Positions 12,937-26,002 are shown, counted from the first letter of the stretch. The stretch is DNA of 32,545 nt from Priapulus caudatus (GCF_000485595.1 NW_014577070.1:107988-140532), one strand, 5' to 3'. Translations and numbers: made by a program. The notes: generated by a model from the sequence alone, not told the origin.

Positions 12937-14071
12937 CACCCCCTTCACATACACGGATTTTTCTTTCGAGTCCTTACGGATCGCACAATTCGTAAAAGTA
13001 CACGGATCCTTACGATTTAGCCACTTTTACGAGCGATTTACGTGTTATTACGAGTTATTTACGGTTTATTACGGATTATTACGAGTTATTACGATGTATT
13101 TACGGCAAAATTCCACGATTTGTTAAGAGTTGTCACGGATAACTACGAGCAACTTACGGGCATTTTACGGATTGTTACGGATATATTACGGAATGTTACG
13201 ATTCATCGAAGCTTTTACGTGTTAGTTACGACCTTTTTACGTGTTGTTACGAATAGGTACGAGTTAGTTACGAGTCCTTACGATTTTTTGGCAAAAAGTA
13301 TATAAAAATCCTGCAAATCTCAATCTATCAGCAACTGACATCCAGAGAGACAACATGGCATATGAGAGAAACAGATTGCAGTTATATCAACAATTTCTAC
13401 AATTGCTCCTTCAACTAGCCCAGTGAACTAGCTAGTGGTGGTTCAGGGTTAGGCGAGCGTGCCCTCTTCTTCTTGTTGACTGCCTTCTTCTTTGGAGCCA
13501 TGCTTGTAGATATTGTAGAGTAGATATGCAGAGATGTGCCTTCTCTGAATTCTTGATAACAACTGAAAATGACGTGTTTGATTTTGCACCCTTTCCCAAA
13601 TCGTAAACAATACGTAAGAACACGTAAAGTATACGTATCTATTCGTAAAGTGCTCGTAATAACTCGTAACAATCCGTAAAGCCATCGTAACACGACCCGA
13701 ATGAAATCGTAAACAACACGCAAGCACTCGTAATAATCCGTAAATGATCCGTAAACAAATCGTAAACTAACCATAGCAAATCGTTATTTACGGATTCTTG
13801 CGAGCAGTTTACGGATGGTTACGTGTTGTTGCGAGCGGTTTACGATACTTACGGATTGTTACGAGTTATTTACGGAAAAAATCAATCCGTGGACACTCGT
13901 GAGAAGATTTTTGACATTCCTGACCTCTCCTTTCACGGATCCTTACGAGTGTCTGCGAGTTGTGACGAGTTAATACGGATACCCGCGAGTTATTTACGGA
14001 TGCTTGCGATTGACTACGAGTTGGCGATCCGTAAGGACTCGTAAGAAAAACCCGTGTATGTGAAGGGGGTA
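12937..14071. mobile_element. About 1.13-kb non-autonomous DNA transposon, probably a PIF/Harbinger internal-deletion derivative
   Basis: TIR ACCCCCTTCACATACACGG... matches at 45/47 positions (from 12938 and from 14070 on the reverse strand). Flanks are TTA and TAA (TWA-type, but not identical). Dense subterminal TTACG(G/A) motifs, and two short convergent ORF stubs in the centre. Confidence 0.82.
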
Positions 14072-15664
14072 TAAAGCTAACCATTCGCGTAGCTATATAT
14101 ATTATATATATATATATATATATATCGAGAGTCTATAATAGAAAATCGTATTTCGAGAATTTTCATTAATTTTCTATTATGGACTCTTGATATATATATA
14201 TCTATCCACATGTGCGATTCTCTATAGGTGCTCTGAATTGATAGTCACGTACGTATATACAGTTAAGAGAATCTTAATACTTATATACATATAAGTAACT
14301 TATATACATAATATATTACATATGAGAGTACTTATATACATATAAGAGAATCCATGTCTGTATGACATACAGTCTGCAGAATATCGGAATCGAGTTGCGA
14401 AGGAAACATCATTAAATGCTATAGCACAACTACTGGAGATGACTGGTAATTTCACCTATAAACAGTTCAATAAATCGAATTATGTTCATTTGTTGACGAT
14501 TTCGTATGGCAGTGTTGTGCCTATAAGTATGACAACAGCCCTTAATTACTTATATATTATTTATAGATGGGCTATTTGTAGAATTGATTTTAATTCGAGT
14601 TGAATATGTACAACCTCCCGCCTAACTGTTCTGACTTTTATTTCGATATTTTGATATTTATTTTCACCTGTTACTGTACATGCTAACACGGCCAGCGTAC
14701 AAAATCGCAGTGTGTGCCCTGTTTTTTCCGGCAACTCGTACGGCGTTCTAAAATCGTGAGCGAAAATATACACTGCCGGGCAGCGTACAGAATCGCCAGT
14801 GTGTCATAAGCCCTAGGATATATAGCAATCCTGCGACATTCGAAACGGTTCGAATGGAACTGATCTCGGTGAAAGCAGCGCGTCTGCGCTGTTTGCACTA
14901 CGTTCGCCCCGTTTTCAAACTCCCCGAAGTGCCATTTTCGGCGCGTGTTCTCCATCACATTGTATTTATTGTCTACATGCCGCGCCTGCTAATAGTAAGG
15001 GATGGATACACGTGAAGCTGTCGCGCGCTGGTAGGACTCATTCGGATGCGTGTCTTCGCGTGCCCGTGTGCTGCTGTCGCCGACACGAGTGTAGCTGGCG
15101 CTGTTCCCCGTCCACTAATTTATGTATGCCCCCTGTTATGTATAGCTCAGTGTTCGCGTCGCTGCGCATGCGCCGTGCCGGGGAACCGAGCACCGACGGT
15201 CGCGTGTTTGCACATTGCCGACGATGTTTGTACAGTTGGCGATGACAAGCTGACGCATTGTTGCGCCGTAACCCGCGTGTGTGCGTAACCGTCGACGACA
15301 TGCCGCATCTTTCTCCCCTCCCAACCCTCTACCCTCCCCTCGCCCAGCCACCCACTCCCACACGCACGCGCGCGCACATCGCCGGTGTATTTGCGTAAGG
15401 CGGCCTATACGCGAACCAACAATTGCAGTCATGTCGCTAATGAGGACACGCGTGTCGTGAAAACCATAGAGGGGTAGTACATCGGACAAGAGGAAGGCGC
15501 GGCGGAGCAATGCAGAAACGCAGTCGGTGGGGAAAAGCATGTGAGCGAGATAACAGCAGAATGGACAGGCCGGAATGCAGAAGAAAATACCGGCGTATTA
15601 GTGGGAGAGGGCATACAGGAATAAAGCATACGAAAGAAAGAGAGAGAAGGCAGCAGAGCGGAAT

Positions 15665-15930
15665 ACCTAGGGGAATACAGTAGTATAAGTGTGTGAGGGA
15701 ATGTAGGAGGGAATACAGTACATGATTACATGTGTGAGGGAATGTAGGAGGGAATACAGCAGTAAATATGAGGAGGAATGTAGGAAGGCATGAAGAACTA
15801 AATCTGAGAGAGAATGTAGGAGGAAATACAGTAGTAAATGTGAGAGGGAATGTAGAAGGGAATACAGAACTAAATCTGAGAGAGAATGTAGAAGGGAATG
15901 CAGCAGTAAATGTGAGGAGGAATGCAAGAG
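15665..15930. repeat. Degenerate 33-bp purine-rich tandem repeat with partial 66-bp alternation
   Basis: Approximate unit gagggaatgtaggagggaatacagcagtaaatgt. An 11-aa periodicity is visible in ORF 15667..15987. Confidence 0.8.
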
Positions 15931-16750
15931 GCGGCGTATATGCAGGGTCGGGAATGATCGTACACCATCTGTCGATGGAGTTATCAATCAGAACTCTTCG
16001 TAATTCGATGATGCGGCCCCTGTCTGCTCGGAGGCAGCGCTGAAGATACTCGAGGCGATGTCAGTTATTGCTGCTGACAGCTGCCGCGAACTGCTCCGAC
16101 TGTTTGCTTGGAAAATGCGGATGAAAGGTTTTCGGACTGGGGAAATTAGAACTAATTCCTACGTCGGTGAAGATGACAGACGGATAAGGGTGGGTTGGGA
16201 AGGCCGGATGAGGAATGATGAGACAAAATTAGGAACGGTGGGACAAAGTGAGGCAATAAACACTGGAATAAGACAGAGTGATGCAAGGCTAGGAGATTGT
16301 GGTTATTGTAAAGCAAGCCTGTGGGAGGTGAGACAGATGTGTGTGGGAGGGGGGGGGGGTAGCAAGACTATGAGAGATGAGACATGAGGAGACAAGACGA
16401 CCTGAGGCAGGCTGAGGTTATATAGGCGAGCCGATCCAATATAACCGACTGAATGGGAGTTTAATTTCATGAACAATCTTGTAATCTTAGTGGATTTTCG
16501 GATCGAGATTGACGCGAATTCGCTCCTGGGCGACTCGCTGTCTGATTACATATTTGCTTAGGTGAAAAAGAAGCATTCATGTTCTGCTCATCAAAGTGAT
16601 ATCGCTTCCGCAGCGATCGAAGCTGAAGCAGTGTCGTTATCTTCGTGTCTGTCGGTACAGCGCACAGCACAATAACGTGTTTGTCGATCACCGTTCATGC
16701 AGCAGTCGTCTTGTCGACATGATGCTCACACAATCACTCACAGACGCACG

Positions 16751-17121
<371 letters not shown>

Positions 17122-17504
17122 CGTTTGTTGAATAACAACACATCGTCGTCAGCTTGTCGGTCCTGACAATGCAGTCAGCCAGCAGCATGACTATCCTCCC
17201 AGCAGCGGCATCCCTGAGACGTCCTTACTACGACCCGACAGTCCGCCGCCACAGCGCGTTGTCACACAGCTGTATTTCTGTGGAGCCATGAATATTTCAT
17301 CAGCCTACCGTATGGCTTAGCTGTGCGTGAATTATGAAACCCAGCCACGGCGACATAGACGCACGGGCAGCGGGGATGGTAGCAGGCAACATTGATAGTG
17401 GAAGACAATGAGGATGATAGCATACTATATGAATCGTAACAGAATATAAGAATTGTAGCAGGCAGTAGGCAATGCTAAGAGACGACAGAGATGGAGTACA
17501 GACA

Positions 17505-17606
17505 GTAGGATGGAGTAGATGGAGTAGATGGATGGATGGATGGATGGATGGATGGATGGATGGATGGATGGATGGATGGATGGATGGATAGGATGGAGTA
17601 GATGGA
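17505..17606. repeat. (GGAT)n microsatellite
   Basis: Read directly from the sequence. Confidence 0.92.
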
Positions 17607-17619
17607 GTAACAGACAGTG

Positions 17620-18455
17620 AAGATGGTAACAGACTATAGGGATGGGAAACAGACTATAGGGATGTAACAGACTTAGGGATGGTAAGCAGACTATAGGATG
17701 GTAACAAGATATAATGGATGGTAACAGACTAAAGGGATGGTAACAGACTATAGGGATGGTACAGACTAAAATAGAGATGTAACAGACTATAGGGCATGGT
17801 AACAAGAGCTATAGGGATGTGTAACAGACTATAGGGATGGTAACAACATGGGATGGTAACAGACTATAGGGATGGTAACAGACTATAGGGATGGTAACAG
17901 ACTATAGGGATGGTAACAGACTATAGGGATGGTAACAGACTATAGAGATGGTAACAGACTATAGAGATGGTAACAGACTATAGAGATGGTAACAGACTAT
18001 ATGGATGGTAACAGACTATAGAGATGGTAACAGACTATAGTGATGGTAGCAGACTATAGGGATGGTAACAGACTATAGGGATGGTAACAGACTATAGTGA
18101 TGGTAGCAGACTATAGAGATGGTAACAGACTATATGGATGGTAACAGACTATATGGATGGTAACAGACTATAGGGAGGGTAACAGAGTATAGGGATGGTA
18201 ACAGACTATAGGGATGGTAGCAGACTAATAGGGATGGTAACAGACATAAGATGTAACGACTATAGGGATGGTACAGACTATAGGGATGGTGAACAGAGTA
18301 TAGGGATGGTAACAACTATATGGATGGTAACAAGACTATAGGGATCGTAACAGACTGATAGAGATGTAACAGACTTATAGAGATGGTAAAGATATAGCGA
18401 TGGTAGCAGACTATAGGGATGGTAACAGACTATAGAGATGGTAACAGACTATAGC
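17620..18455. repeat. 20-bp minisatellite, about 40 copies
   Basis: Unit gatggtaacagactataggg (variants tagag, tatgg, tagtg). Clean in 17850-18220 and indel-rich at both edges. Confidence 0.96.
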
Positions 18456-18660
18456 GATGGTAGCAGGCAGTAGGGGGTAGTCTATCTATATAGGGATGGT
18501 AACAAACAGTATACATGGTAACATACTATAAGGATGGTAGCAGGCAGTAGGGGGTAGTCTATCTATATAGGGATGGTAACAAACAGTATACATGGTAACA
18601 TACTATAAGGATGGTAGCAGGCAGTAGGGGGTAGTCTATCTCTATACGGATGGTAACAGA
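18456..18660. repeat. 77-bp higher-order repeat, about 2.5 copies, derived from the 20-mer
   Basis: caggcagtagggggtagtctatct recurs at 18464, 18541 and 18618. Confidence 0.9.
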
Positions 18661-18733
18661 GAGTAGAGATGGTAGCAAACGCGTGTGCAACTTGCTCGCT
18701 ATGACGATGACGCTCGCTCTGCGTGCGTCACGG

Positions 18734-18768
<35 letters not shown>

Positions 18769-19189
18769 CTGTCGTCAGGTTTTCGTCGTCGTTTCGTGTA
18801 CGCTCGCGTGCATACATCGTTGCCATCTCGTCTATCGGCGCAGGGGAATGGCAGCGGACCGCAGCTCCCGTATTTCCTGCGCGACGTTCACGCTCTCGCG
18901 CACCGCTCGTGGCTTCCGCCGTTCGCACATCTCGCAGCGTTACACACAGTAGTACACGGCGCAGCGCGCACGCCCTGATTGTTACACCCCGCGGCCCCCG
19001 TGTCATTAGCTATGCGGGGGCCGCATTAGAACGGGGACCGCGACGCCGTTCTCTGTTATCCAGCAATCGCCGCATGCATGCGTGGGCGTTACGGGGGAGG
19101 GAGTTTAGTTCGCTGCCGAGTGCGTGCGCGTATTTTGCACACATGCATGCCCGTACGCACTTGCACGCGCTTCGCCTTGCCTCTTGGTC

Positions 19190-19505
19190 CTCGTCATCCG
19201 CCTCCTCCTCTTCCTGCTCGTTCCTCTCCTACCACTCATCATCCTCCTCGCTCTCCTCATCCTTCGTTACCTCCTTTTTCTCCTTCTCTTTTTCTCCTCT
19301 CCCTTTCTTCTTCCTCTTCTTCCTTGTCGTCTCTCCCTCCCCATCCTCGTCTCCTCTTTTTCTTCTTCTTCCTTTCTCCTCTTCTTCCTTGTCGTCTCTC
19401 CCTCCCCTTCCTCTACCCAGTACTTCTTCCTTCTCGTCTCTCCCTCCCCTTCCTCTACCCAGTACTTCTTCCTTCTCGTCTCTCCCTCCCCTTCCTCTAC
19501 CCAGT
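19190..19505. repeat. Pyrimidine-rich tract ending in a 42-bp tandem repeat (about 3 copies)
   Basis: Unit tcgtctctccctccccttcctctacccagtacttcttccttc at about 19392-19505. Confidence 0.88.
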
Positions 19506-20889
19506 TCGCGGCATCGATCGATGCGAAATTTAATAGGCCGGCAAACATTTCGTTAACAGCAGCATGCGGCAGCGTGAGCGCTCGATGGCTTCTTTGTACG
19601 GCGACCCTCGCACGGGGCACGCTCGCTGTGTGTCCGACCTGCTACCGGATTCTTACAATGTAATGCTGCACGTGCAAGCTAATTGTTTGTTAATTGAATT
19701 CGCCGTTGTTACTCGAACTTTACAAGTAATAGGGAGGCGGGAGTGGGAGGAGGAGGAAGTGGAGGAGCAGGAGGGGGATGAGGAGGAAGAGGAGGGGAGG
19801 TGTGCAGAACCTATGGGACGAGTACCTGGCACGCGACATGCAGGGCGTTTGCGTTCACTTGTTGTTACTGCGTGCGCCGTAATGCGAATATGATAAATGT
19901 TGATCCGTGATAATCAGCGCGTGGATATGGACGACTGTGATGTGACATGCACGACAAACATGGTTTCACGGGGCGCGTGAGCGAGTAACGGGGCAGGCGC
20001 TAGGCACGTAACTCGATTAGCGCATCATCATTAGAGCGTTACATACGTAATCACATTATATTACCGCATTAGGTCAACTGATTACACCTCGAAATTACGT
20101 CATCACGTTACGCGCTCAGGTAACATGGCCACGTTACAGCGTAATATTCCATGGCCACGTTGTATCCGCTCAGTGTACACTAATATGTCCTAATTATACT
20201 CCATTATATTATCATATTATTATTAAACCAGAAAATCCCAGCACTTTACATTATGTTATCACATTACATTGTCTTATGGGAATTCTGGTAATGGGTTCAT
20301 CGTGCATTAACGCTTGTAGGCCAGCGATCAACACAAATACATGGCGAGCGTGCGCAGATATCGAAAGTGTTGGGTATAGAGGTGTGGCGATGCTTAATAT
20401 GTGAAATCTACGTCAGCATTACTCACGTAATCATGATCGTGTTGATTACGTCATGATTACGTGCCACGTGTCATGGTCGTGCATTGCACGTGCCATGGTC
20501 GTGCCATTACGTGCCATGATCGTCATGATTACGTACCACGTAACATGATTGTATTGTATTGTCACGTTACACGGTCACACGTCATCATTCTACGTCGCTG
20601 CATCGCAGCAGCTTCACGTTTCATTCTCATGTTGTGCATTTGTGTTATGTTACTTAATTGTGTTAATCACGTAATATCATCGCAATTCAGCGTGACATTG
20701 CATTATCATGATATAAATACGTCATCATGTTTAGTTGCGGCATTCGATTATATCATTACGTTACAGCTGCTATATATACAAGACTACAAATACATTACAC
20801 TACAAACTTAAATTAAGTTAATTCTTGAGTCCCCAGCTTAAACTGGTCTGGTGTGTGCGCTGGAATGTGATCATTACTGATACTCGGGC

Positions 20890-21120
20890 AGGCATATGAC
20901 GTTCTTGCACCGGTAAGACCATATGATGTTCTTGCACCGGTAAGGGCATATGACGTTCTTGTGACGGCGAACGGGAAGTAGTCGTTTACCACGTTCTTAC
21001 GTCGTCAAATGTGAAGTAGTCGCATATGACGTTCTTACACCGACGAGCTGGAGGTTATCGCATATAATGTTCTTCCGTCGTCCTATGAGCATTCTTGCGT
21101 ATAATATTCTTGCACCGGAT
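20890..21120. repeat. Degenerate 27-28-bp repeat (catatgacgttcttgcaccggtaag), about 6 irregularly spaced copies
   Basis: Copies near 20893, 20920, 20948, 21023, 21061 and 21100. Confidence 0.75.
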
Positions 21121-21407
21121 GTACCACGGTCTTTTCTACGTAAACGAGAAGAACCAGAATGCTTCAGCTCTGGAGGCAGTTGGAAATAAATGAACGTAAG
21201 GCGGTGATGGTATATTAGCATTCATTTCTCCAGCGTCCGTTCGATTGTCCCAACGACTCCGTGCATAGAATAATAAATAGTGGTTGCCATAAGAACCAAC
21301 GATTATATCAATTTCGAGGCCTCTGGTGCCGAAGACGAAGCTTTTATTCTTGAATTCGCTTTTATCAGCTTCAACCAGGCCCACCGAGAAAGCGAGATGA
21401 TATATTT

Positions 21408-21459
21408 TCTCTCTCGCTCGCCCCAGCTCTCTCTATCGATCTATCTCTCTCTCTCGCTC

Positions 21460-21490
<31 letters not shown>

Positions 21491-21714
21491 TTCTATCGCT
21501 ATCTCTCCCTCTCTCTCTATCTCTCTCTCTCTCNNNNNNNNNNNNNNNNNNNNNNNNNNNNNNNNNNNNNNNNNNNNNNNNNNNNNNNNNNNNNNNNNNN
21601 NNNNNNNNNNNNNNNNNNNNNNNNNNNNNNNNNNNNNNNNNNNNNNNNNNNNNNNNNNNNNNNNNNNNNNNNNNNNNNNNNNNNNNNNNNNNNNNNNNNN
21701 NNNNNNNNNNNNNN

Positions 21715-21806
<92 letters not shown>
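21408..21806. repeat. (CT)n microsatellite interrupted by an assembly gap (21534-21714)
   Basis: Read directly from the sequence. Confidence 0.95.
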
Positions 21807-21809
<3 letters not shown>

Positions 21810-22246
21810 GCCCTGCGGTTATTTGCACGTGGATACTGAAAGTGGATACTGAAAAGTGATTATATAAAAAAAATCCCTTGTTTTCACGTAACAATTTTGG
21901 CGTTCTGGCTCGAATAGCAATATTGGCGCAAATTGAAAACGCGCACACACGTGTTTGAGACTAGCCGCCGTGACTACGACATGAGATTGTGTCAACACTA
22001 CATGTACACGTACATGCACCGTCTTCCTTCTGCGCACACTCCACGCGGGTCTCGCTGCGCGCGTACAATTACATTGGCTCAGACGAAGAAGATGGAAAGC
22101 TGAGATGAATAAATAACACGTAGCTATCTCATCCGATGATTCTAAGCATATGTGCGTACGTGTGCGCGTACGTGCGACTTACGATGCCTGCGCGCGCGAT
22201 GTATCTGTATGTCGATCGGCCTATCTGTAGGTCTGCCTGTCTGTCT

Positions 22247-22250
22247 GTGC

Positions 22251-22337
<87 letters not shown>

Positions 22338-22338
22338 T
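22247..22338. repeat. (GCGT)n/(GT)n microsatellite
   Basis: Read directly from the sequence. Confidence 0.93.
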
Positions 22339-22702
22339 TCGTACGAGATACATGCCTACAAGGCCATCTGATAATTTACGCTGCCGCATTTGGTCGAATG
22401 TAACTGCAAGTTTGCAGTGCAATTCTAGGGCTATTCAAACACGAATAATCGCGTTTTTATGTGCCTAGAATCTAGCTATAGTTCGAGTTTTTTTTACAAT
22501 GAATAATGCATTACACTATATATTCATACTATGTTACATATAATTCTCACTTGGCATCGAGTTTCTACTCGCTACGTATTACAGTTGTAAAGTTCCACGA
22601 TTTCCACAACTAATCACATTTCCCCATACGTTATATTTTACACTATTCTTCGATGAAAATTCCTGTTCCTCATTTTCATAGCTATGTTTGTTTTTATTAC
22701 AG

Positions 22703-22744
22703 TCGCTGGACAGCACGAGGCGGATGCTGGCGATGTGCGATGAG
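22703..22744 (+). CDS. SNAP25: SNAP-25 internal exon (equivalent to vertebrate exon 3), SLDSTRRMLAMCDE
   Basis: Acceptor tttgtttttattacAG, donor GAG|GTATGT, 42 nt, phase 0/0. The peptide matches the start of the SNAP-25 N-terminal SNARE helix (vertebrate SLESTRRMLQLVEE, from memory). Too short for the ORF track. Confidence 0.95.
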
Positions 22745-24159
22745 GTATGTTACATAATTACAAGACTTCATCGGTCTGTATATTAGAACTATTATCGGTC
22801 TATTATCAGTCTATATATCGGTCTACTATAATAGGATGCAAATATTCACAAATTCCGAGTTTTCGGCTTGTGTGTTTACTCATTATAACTCGATTTCCTC
22901 ATCGCCGCTTTTTTACCCTTTCTACGTAGTTTGCATTGAAAATTATCGCCATTCAGCTGCTTGTTTGTTCCTTTTGTGTTGCTATATGCATTATCTGTGT
23001 TTACTCAATTAAATACGTTGTTTTAGGATGTTAATTGTGTCACTAACATCATGGCTATCATCCCGAGATAACGAGCCCATATATTGTCGAATTATCTATG
23101 ATATAGTCTTAGTAATTTTCGATTTATTACCATATAGTCTTGCCATATAGTTATATATTATTATATTTATTATATATATATATTTATATATTATATATTA
23201 TCGAAGGTCGGAATGCAATTAAATGATTAATATATACAGGCTGGTGACGTAGGACTGAGTAGTCCGAACTACGGTGTTCTATAGTAGTAGACCCGAGTAG
23301 ACTGAATATTTGGCCACGTTGGCTTTGTGAGACAGAGAAACTGCATAGCTGCGATCGTGGATCGACCGTATTGCATGATAAAATTAAGCGGGACGAATTT
23401 CTAAACGTAGCCTTCTTTCTACACTACGCAGGCCTGTCTATGAGGCAAGTCGAGCAGCGTTTAAGTGGGATTCATATTAATATCGATGTTAATATCGGTC
23501 ACCTTGCCGCTGCATTTAAAATATCCCCAGCAGCAAAATTACCAGATGCAAATCGCCACAGTGGCGCTAGTAGAAGTTTTTTCCGTCGGCCCCATATACA
23601 ATATACATATTGTATGCAAAAATGCAGACGCGTTTTGGTCTCGGTGAAAAAAGGGATGCGGTCCATGCATTAGTCGTTGATTGCTCACGCATGCATTATT
23701 TCGCGTAGATTGAATTTGCAGGCACGTTTTCGGATGTAGTAGTCAGGTTGCAGGGTTAGCGATCCCGCGCGAGTACATAGCATTCAATTTTCGACGCCGT
23801 TGCAATATTCAGACGTCGGGCTTTATGATTATATTTAATAATCGTGTAAGAAAATGTGCAGCCTAGCCGGCCGCGGCGTTGTCCCTACAGACAGCGACTG
23901 AAATAGAAAGCCGTATTTCAAATTATACTTCTCACCAGTTCGTATCGCGAAGACATCGCGGAATCTGGAGGGATTTCCATAAAGACGCCTCCTGGCTTTG
24001 AACTTGGCAGCGAAATCGCTGCTTTTACAGTTTCCATAGATGTAAATAGCTCATGAGTTGCACAACCCCTAACGCTCCGATCCTGTAACCTTCCCCTGAC
24101 CTCCTCGCCGCAACTCCCGACCCCCGGTCCCGGCCCGAAACCCATCCTTTCTCCTGAAC

Positions 24160-25106
24160 ATACGCCTCCTCCCTCCCTAACGTCCGTCTCCTCCCTCCCT
24201 AACCTCCTACTCCTCCCTCTCTAACCTGCGTCTCCTCCCTCCCTAACCTCCGCCTCCTCCCTCCCTAACCTCCGCCTCCTCCCTCCCTAACCTCCGTCTC
24301 CTCCCTCCCTAACCTCCGCCTCCTCCCTCCCTAACCTCCGCCTCCTCCCTCCCTAACCTCCGCCTCCTCTCTCCCTAATCCCCGCCTCTTCCCTCCCTAA
24401 CCTCCGCCTCCTCCCTCCCTAACATACGCCTCCTCTCTCCCTAATCCCCGTCTCCTCCCTCCCTAACCTCCNNNNNNNNNNNNNNNNNNNNNNNNNNNNN
24501 NNNNNNNNNNNNNNNNNNNNNNNNNNNNNNNNNNNNNNNNNNNNNNNNNNNNNNNNNNNNNNNNNNNNNNNNNNNNNNNNNNNNNNNNNNNNNNNNNNNN
24601 NNNNNNNNNNNNNNNNNNNNNNNNNNNNNNNTCCCACTCTAACCTGCGTCGCGTCCCTCCCTAACGTCCGCCTCCTCCCTCCCTAACATCCGCCTCCTCC
24701 CTCCCTAACCTCCGTCTCCTCTCTCCCTAACCTCCGTCTCCTCCCTCCCTAACCTCCGCCTCCTCCCTCCCTAACCTCCGCCTTCTCTCTCCCTAACCTC
24801 CGTCTCCTCCCTCCCTAACCTCCGTCTCCTCCCTCCTTAACCTCCGTCTCCTCCCTCCCTAACCTCCGTCTCCTCCCTCCTTAACCTCCGTCTCCTCCCT
24901 CCCTAACCTCCATCTCCTCCCTCTCTAACCTCCGCCTATTACCTCCAGAATCCCCGCCACCTCCCTCCCTAACCTCCGCCCCCTCTCTTCCTAACCCCCG
25001 CCACCTCCATCCTGAACCCTCGCCTACTCCCTCCACAGCCCCCGCCACCTCCCTCCCGAACCACCACCTCCTTCCTCCCGAACCACCACCTCCTTCCTCC
25101 CGAACC
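24160..25106. repeat. 22-bp C-rich minisatellite containing CCCTAA, interrupted by a gap (24472-24631)
   Basis: Unit cctccgcctcctccctccctaa with period 22 (CCCTAA at 24241, 24263 and onward). Degenerates toward the 3' end. Confidence 0.95.
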
Positions 25107-25175
25107 CGGGAAGGTAGCTGTGTGTCTGTCGTTTGTTAATTTGTGGATTCGTGTGTCTGTGCTCGCGCTGCTCAG

Positions 25176-25224
25176 GGTAAGGATGCCGGAATCAGGACCT
25201 TAGTTATGCTGGACGAGCAGGGAG
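25176..25224 (+). CDS. SNAP25: SNAP-25 internal exon (equivalent to vertebrate exon 4), GKDAGIRTLVMLDEQG+G
   Basis: Acceptor gctgctcAG, donor GAG|GTGAGT, 49 nt, phase 0/1. Near-identical to SKDAGIRTLVMLDEQG and includes the zero-layer Gln. Frame is compatible with both neighbouring exons. Confidence 0.96.
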
Positions 25225-26002
25225 GTGAGTGACGGTCGCTTAGCAGCACATTGTCATCATCCGCATGGTCCGTCATGACGCTGCGCTGTCCTGTTGTCAC
25301 CGATGCTCGTCACTAGAACCTAGCGTGATAACTGTCTCCGCTCTCCTGTTGACATACGTTTGCTGTCATCGCCGTGACAGCCTGACCTTCACACGGCTGT
25401 TCGTTTCTGGTTGAGTAGGAGTAGTGCATAGATGTTGTGTATGTCGCCGTGCATGTTCCTAAGCACCCGTGTTAGGGAGCGTTCACAATTACCGACATTG
25501 CCGCATGGCGTAGAAATGCGTCGAGCGCTAACGGCCGTCGTACGCTTTTAGAAAAACAAATAAATATCCATACTCGCATTCGTGCCAAAAATGAGAAATC
25601 AGCATTATATTTTGTTCACTTTGCCGGGGAGGGAGAGAGGGACACCATGAAAGGGTATGCTCTCTGCTCCTTCGAGTGTGTTGATAATTGTGAACGATCC
25701 GTTGATAGTGTTTGTTCTGTTCTGTTGCTTGTGTTTGTTCAGCCGTTATCAAACTTTTCAGCCTACAAGCCCTGTACGTACTGTGGGAAACCTAACAAGC
25801 AAACGGTTTTGTTAGTCCTAACCGAACTCGGTGATATTCTATAGACCAGTAACCGTGCGTACATGACAGAAGTAGATTATATATTGATGATGCAGAAAAT
25901 ACAGCGAAAATGAACTAGTCGGGTCGTTTCGGTGTTTGTGACCGGGCGCGTTATACGTGTCATGATTAGCTTTCCGCATCTGTATTTCGACGAGCGACAG
26001 AT

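Noticed and set aside
12302..13126. Lys/Arg-rich and Leu/Pro/Phe-rich ORFs
   Set aside because: They are translations of a polypyrimidine tract and the transposon end.
20890..21120. Interspaced catatgacgttctt repeats as a repeat-spacer array
   Set aside because: The first copies are directly tandem and the later ones are degenerate and irregularly spaced, so this is a decayed minisatellite.
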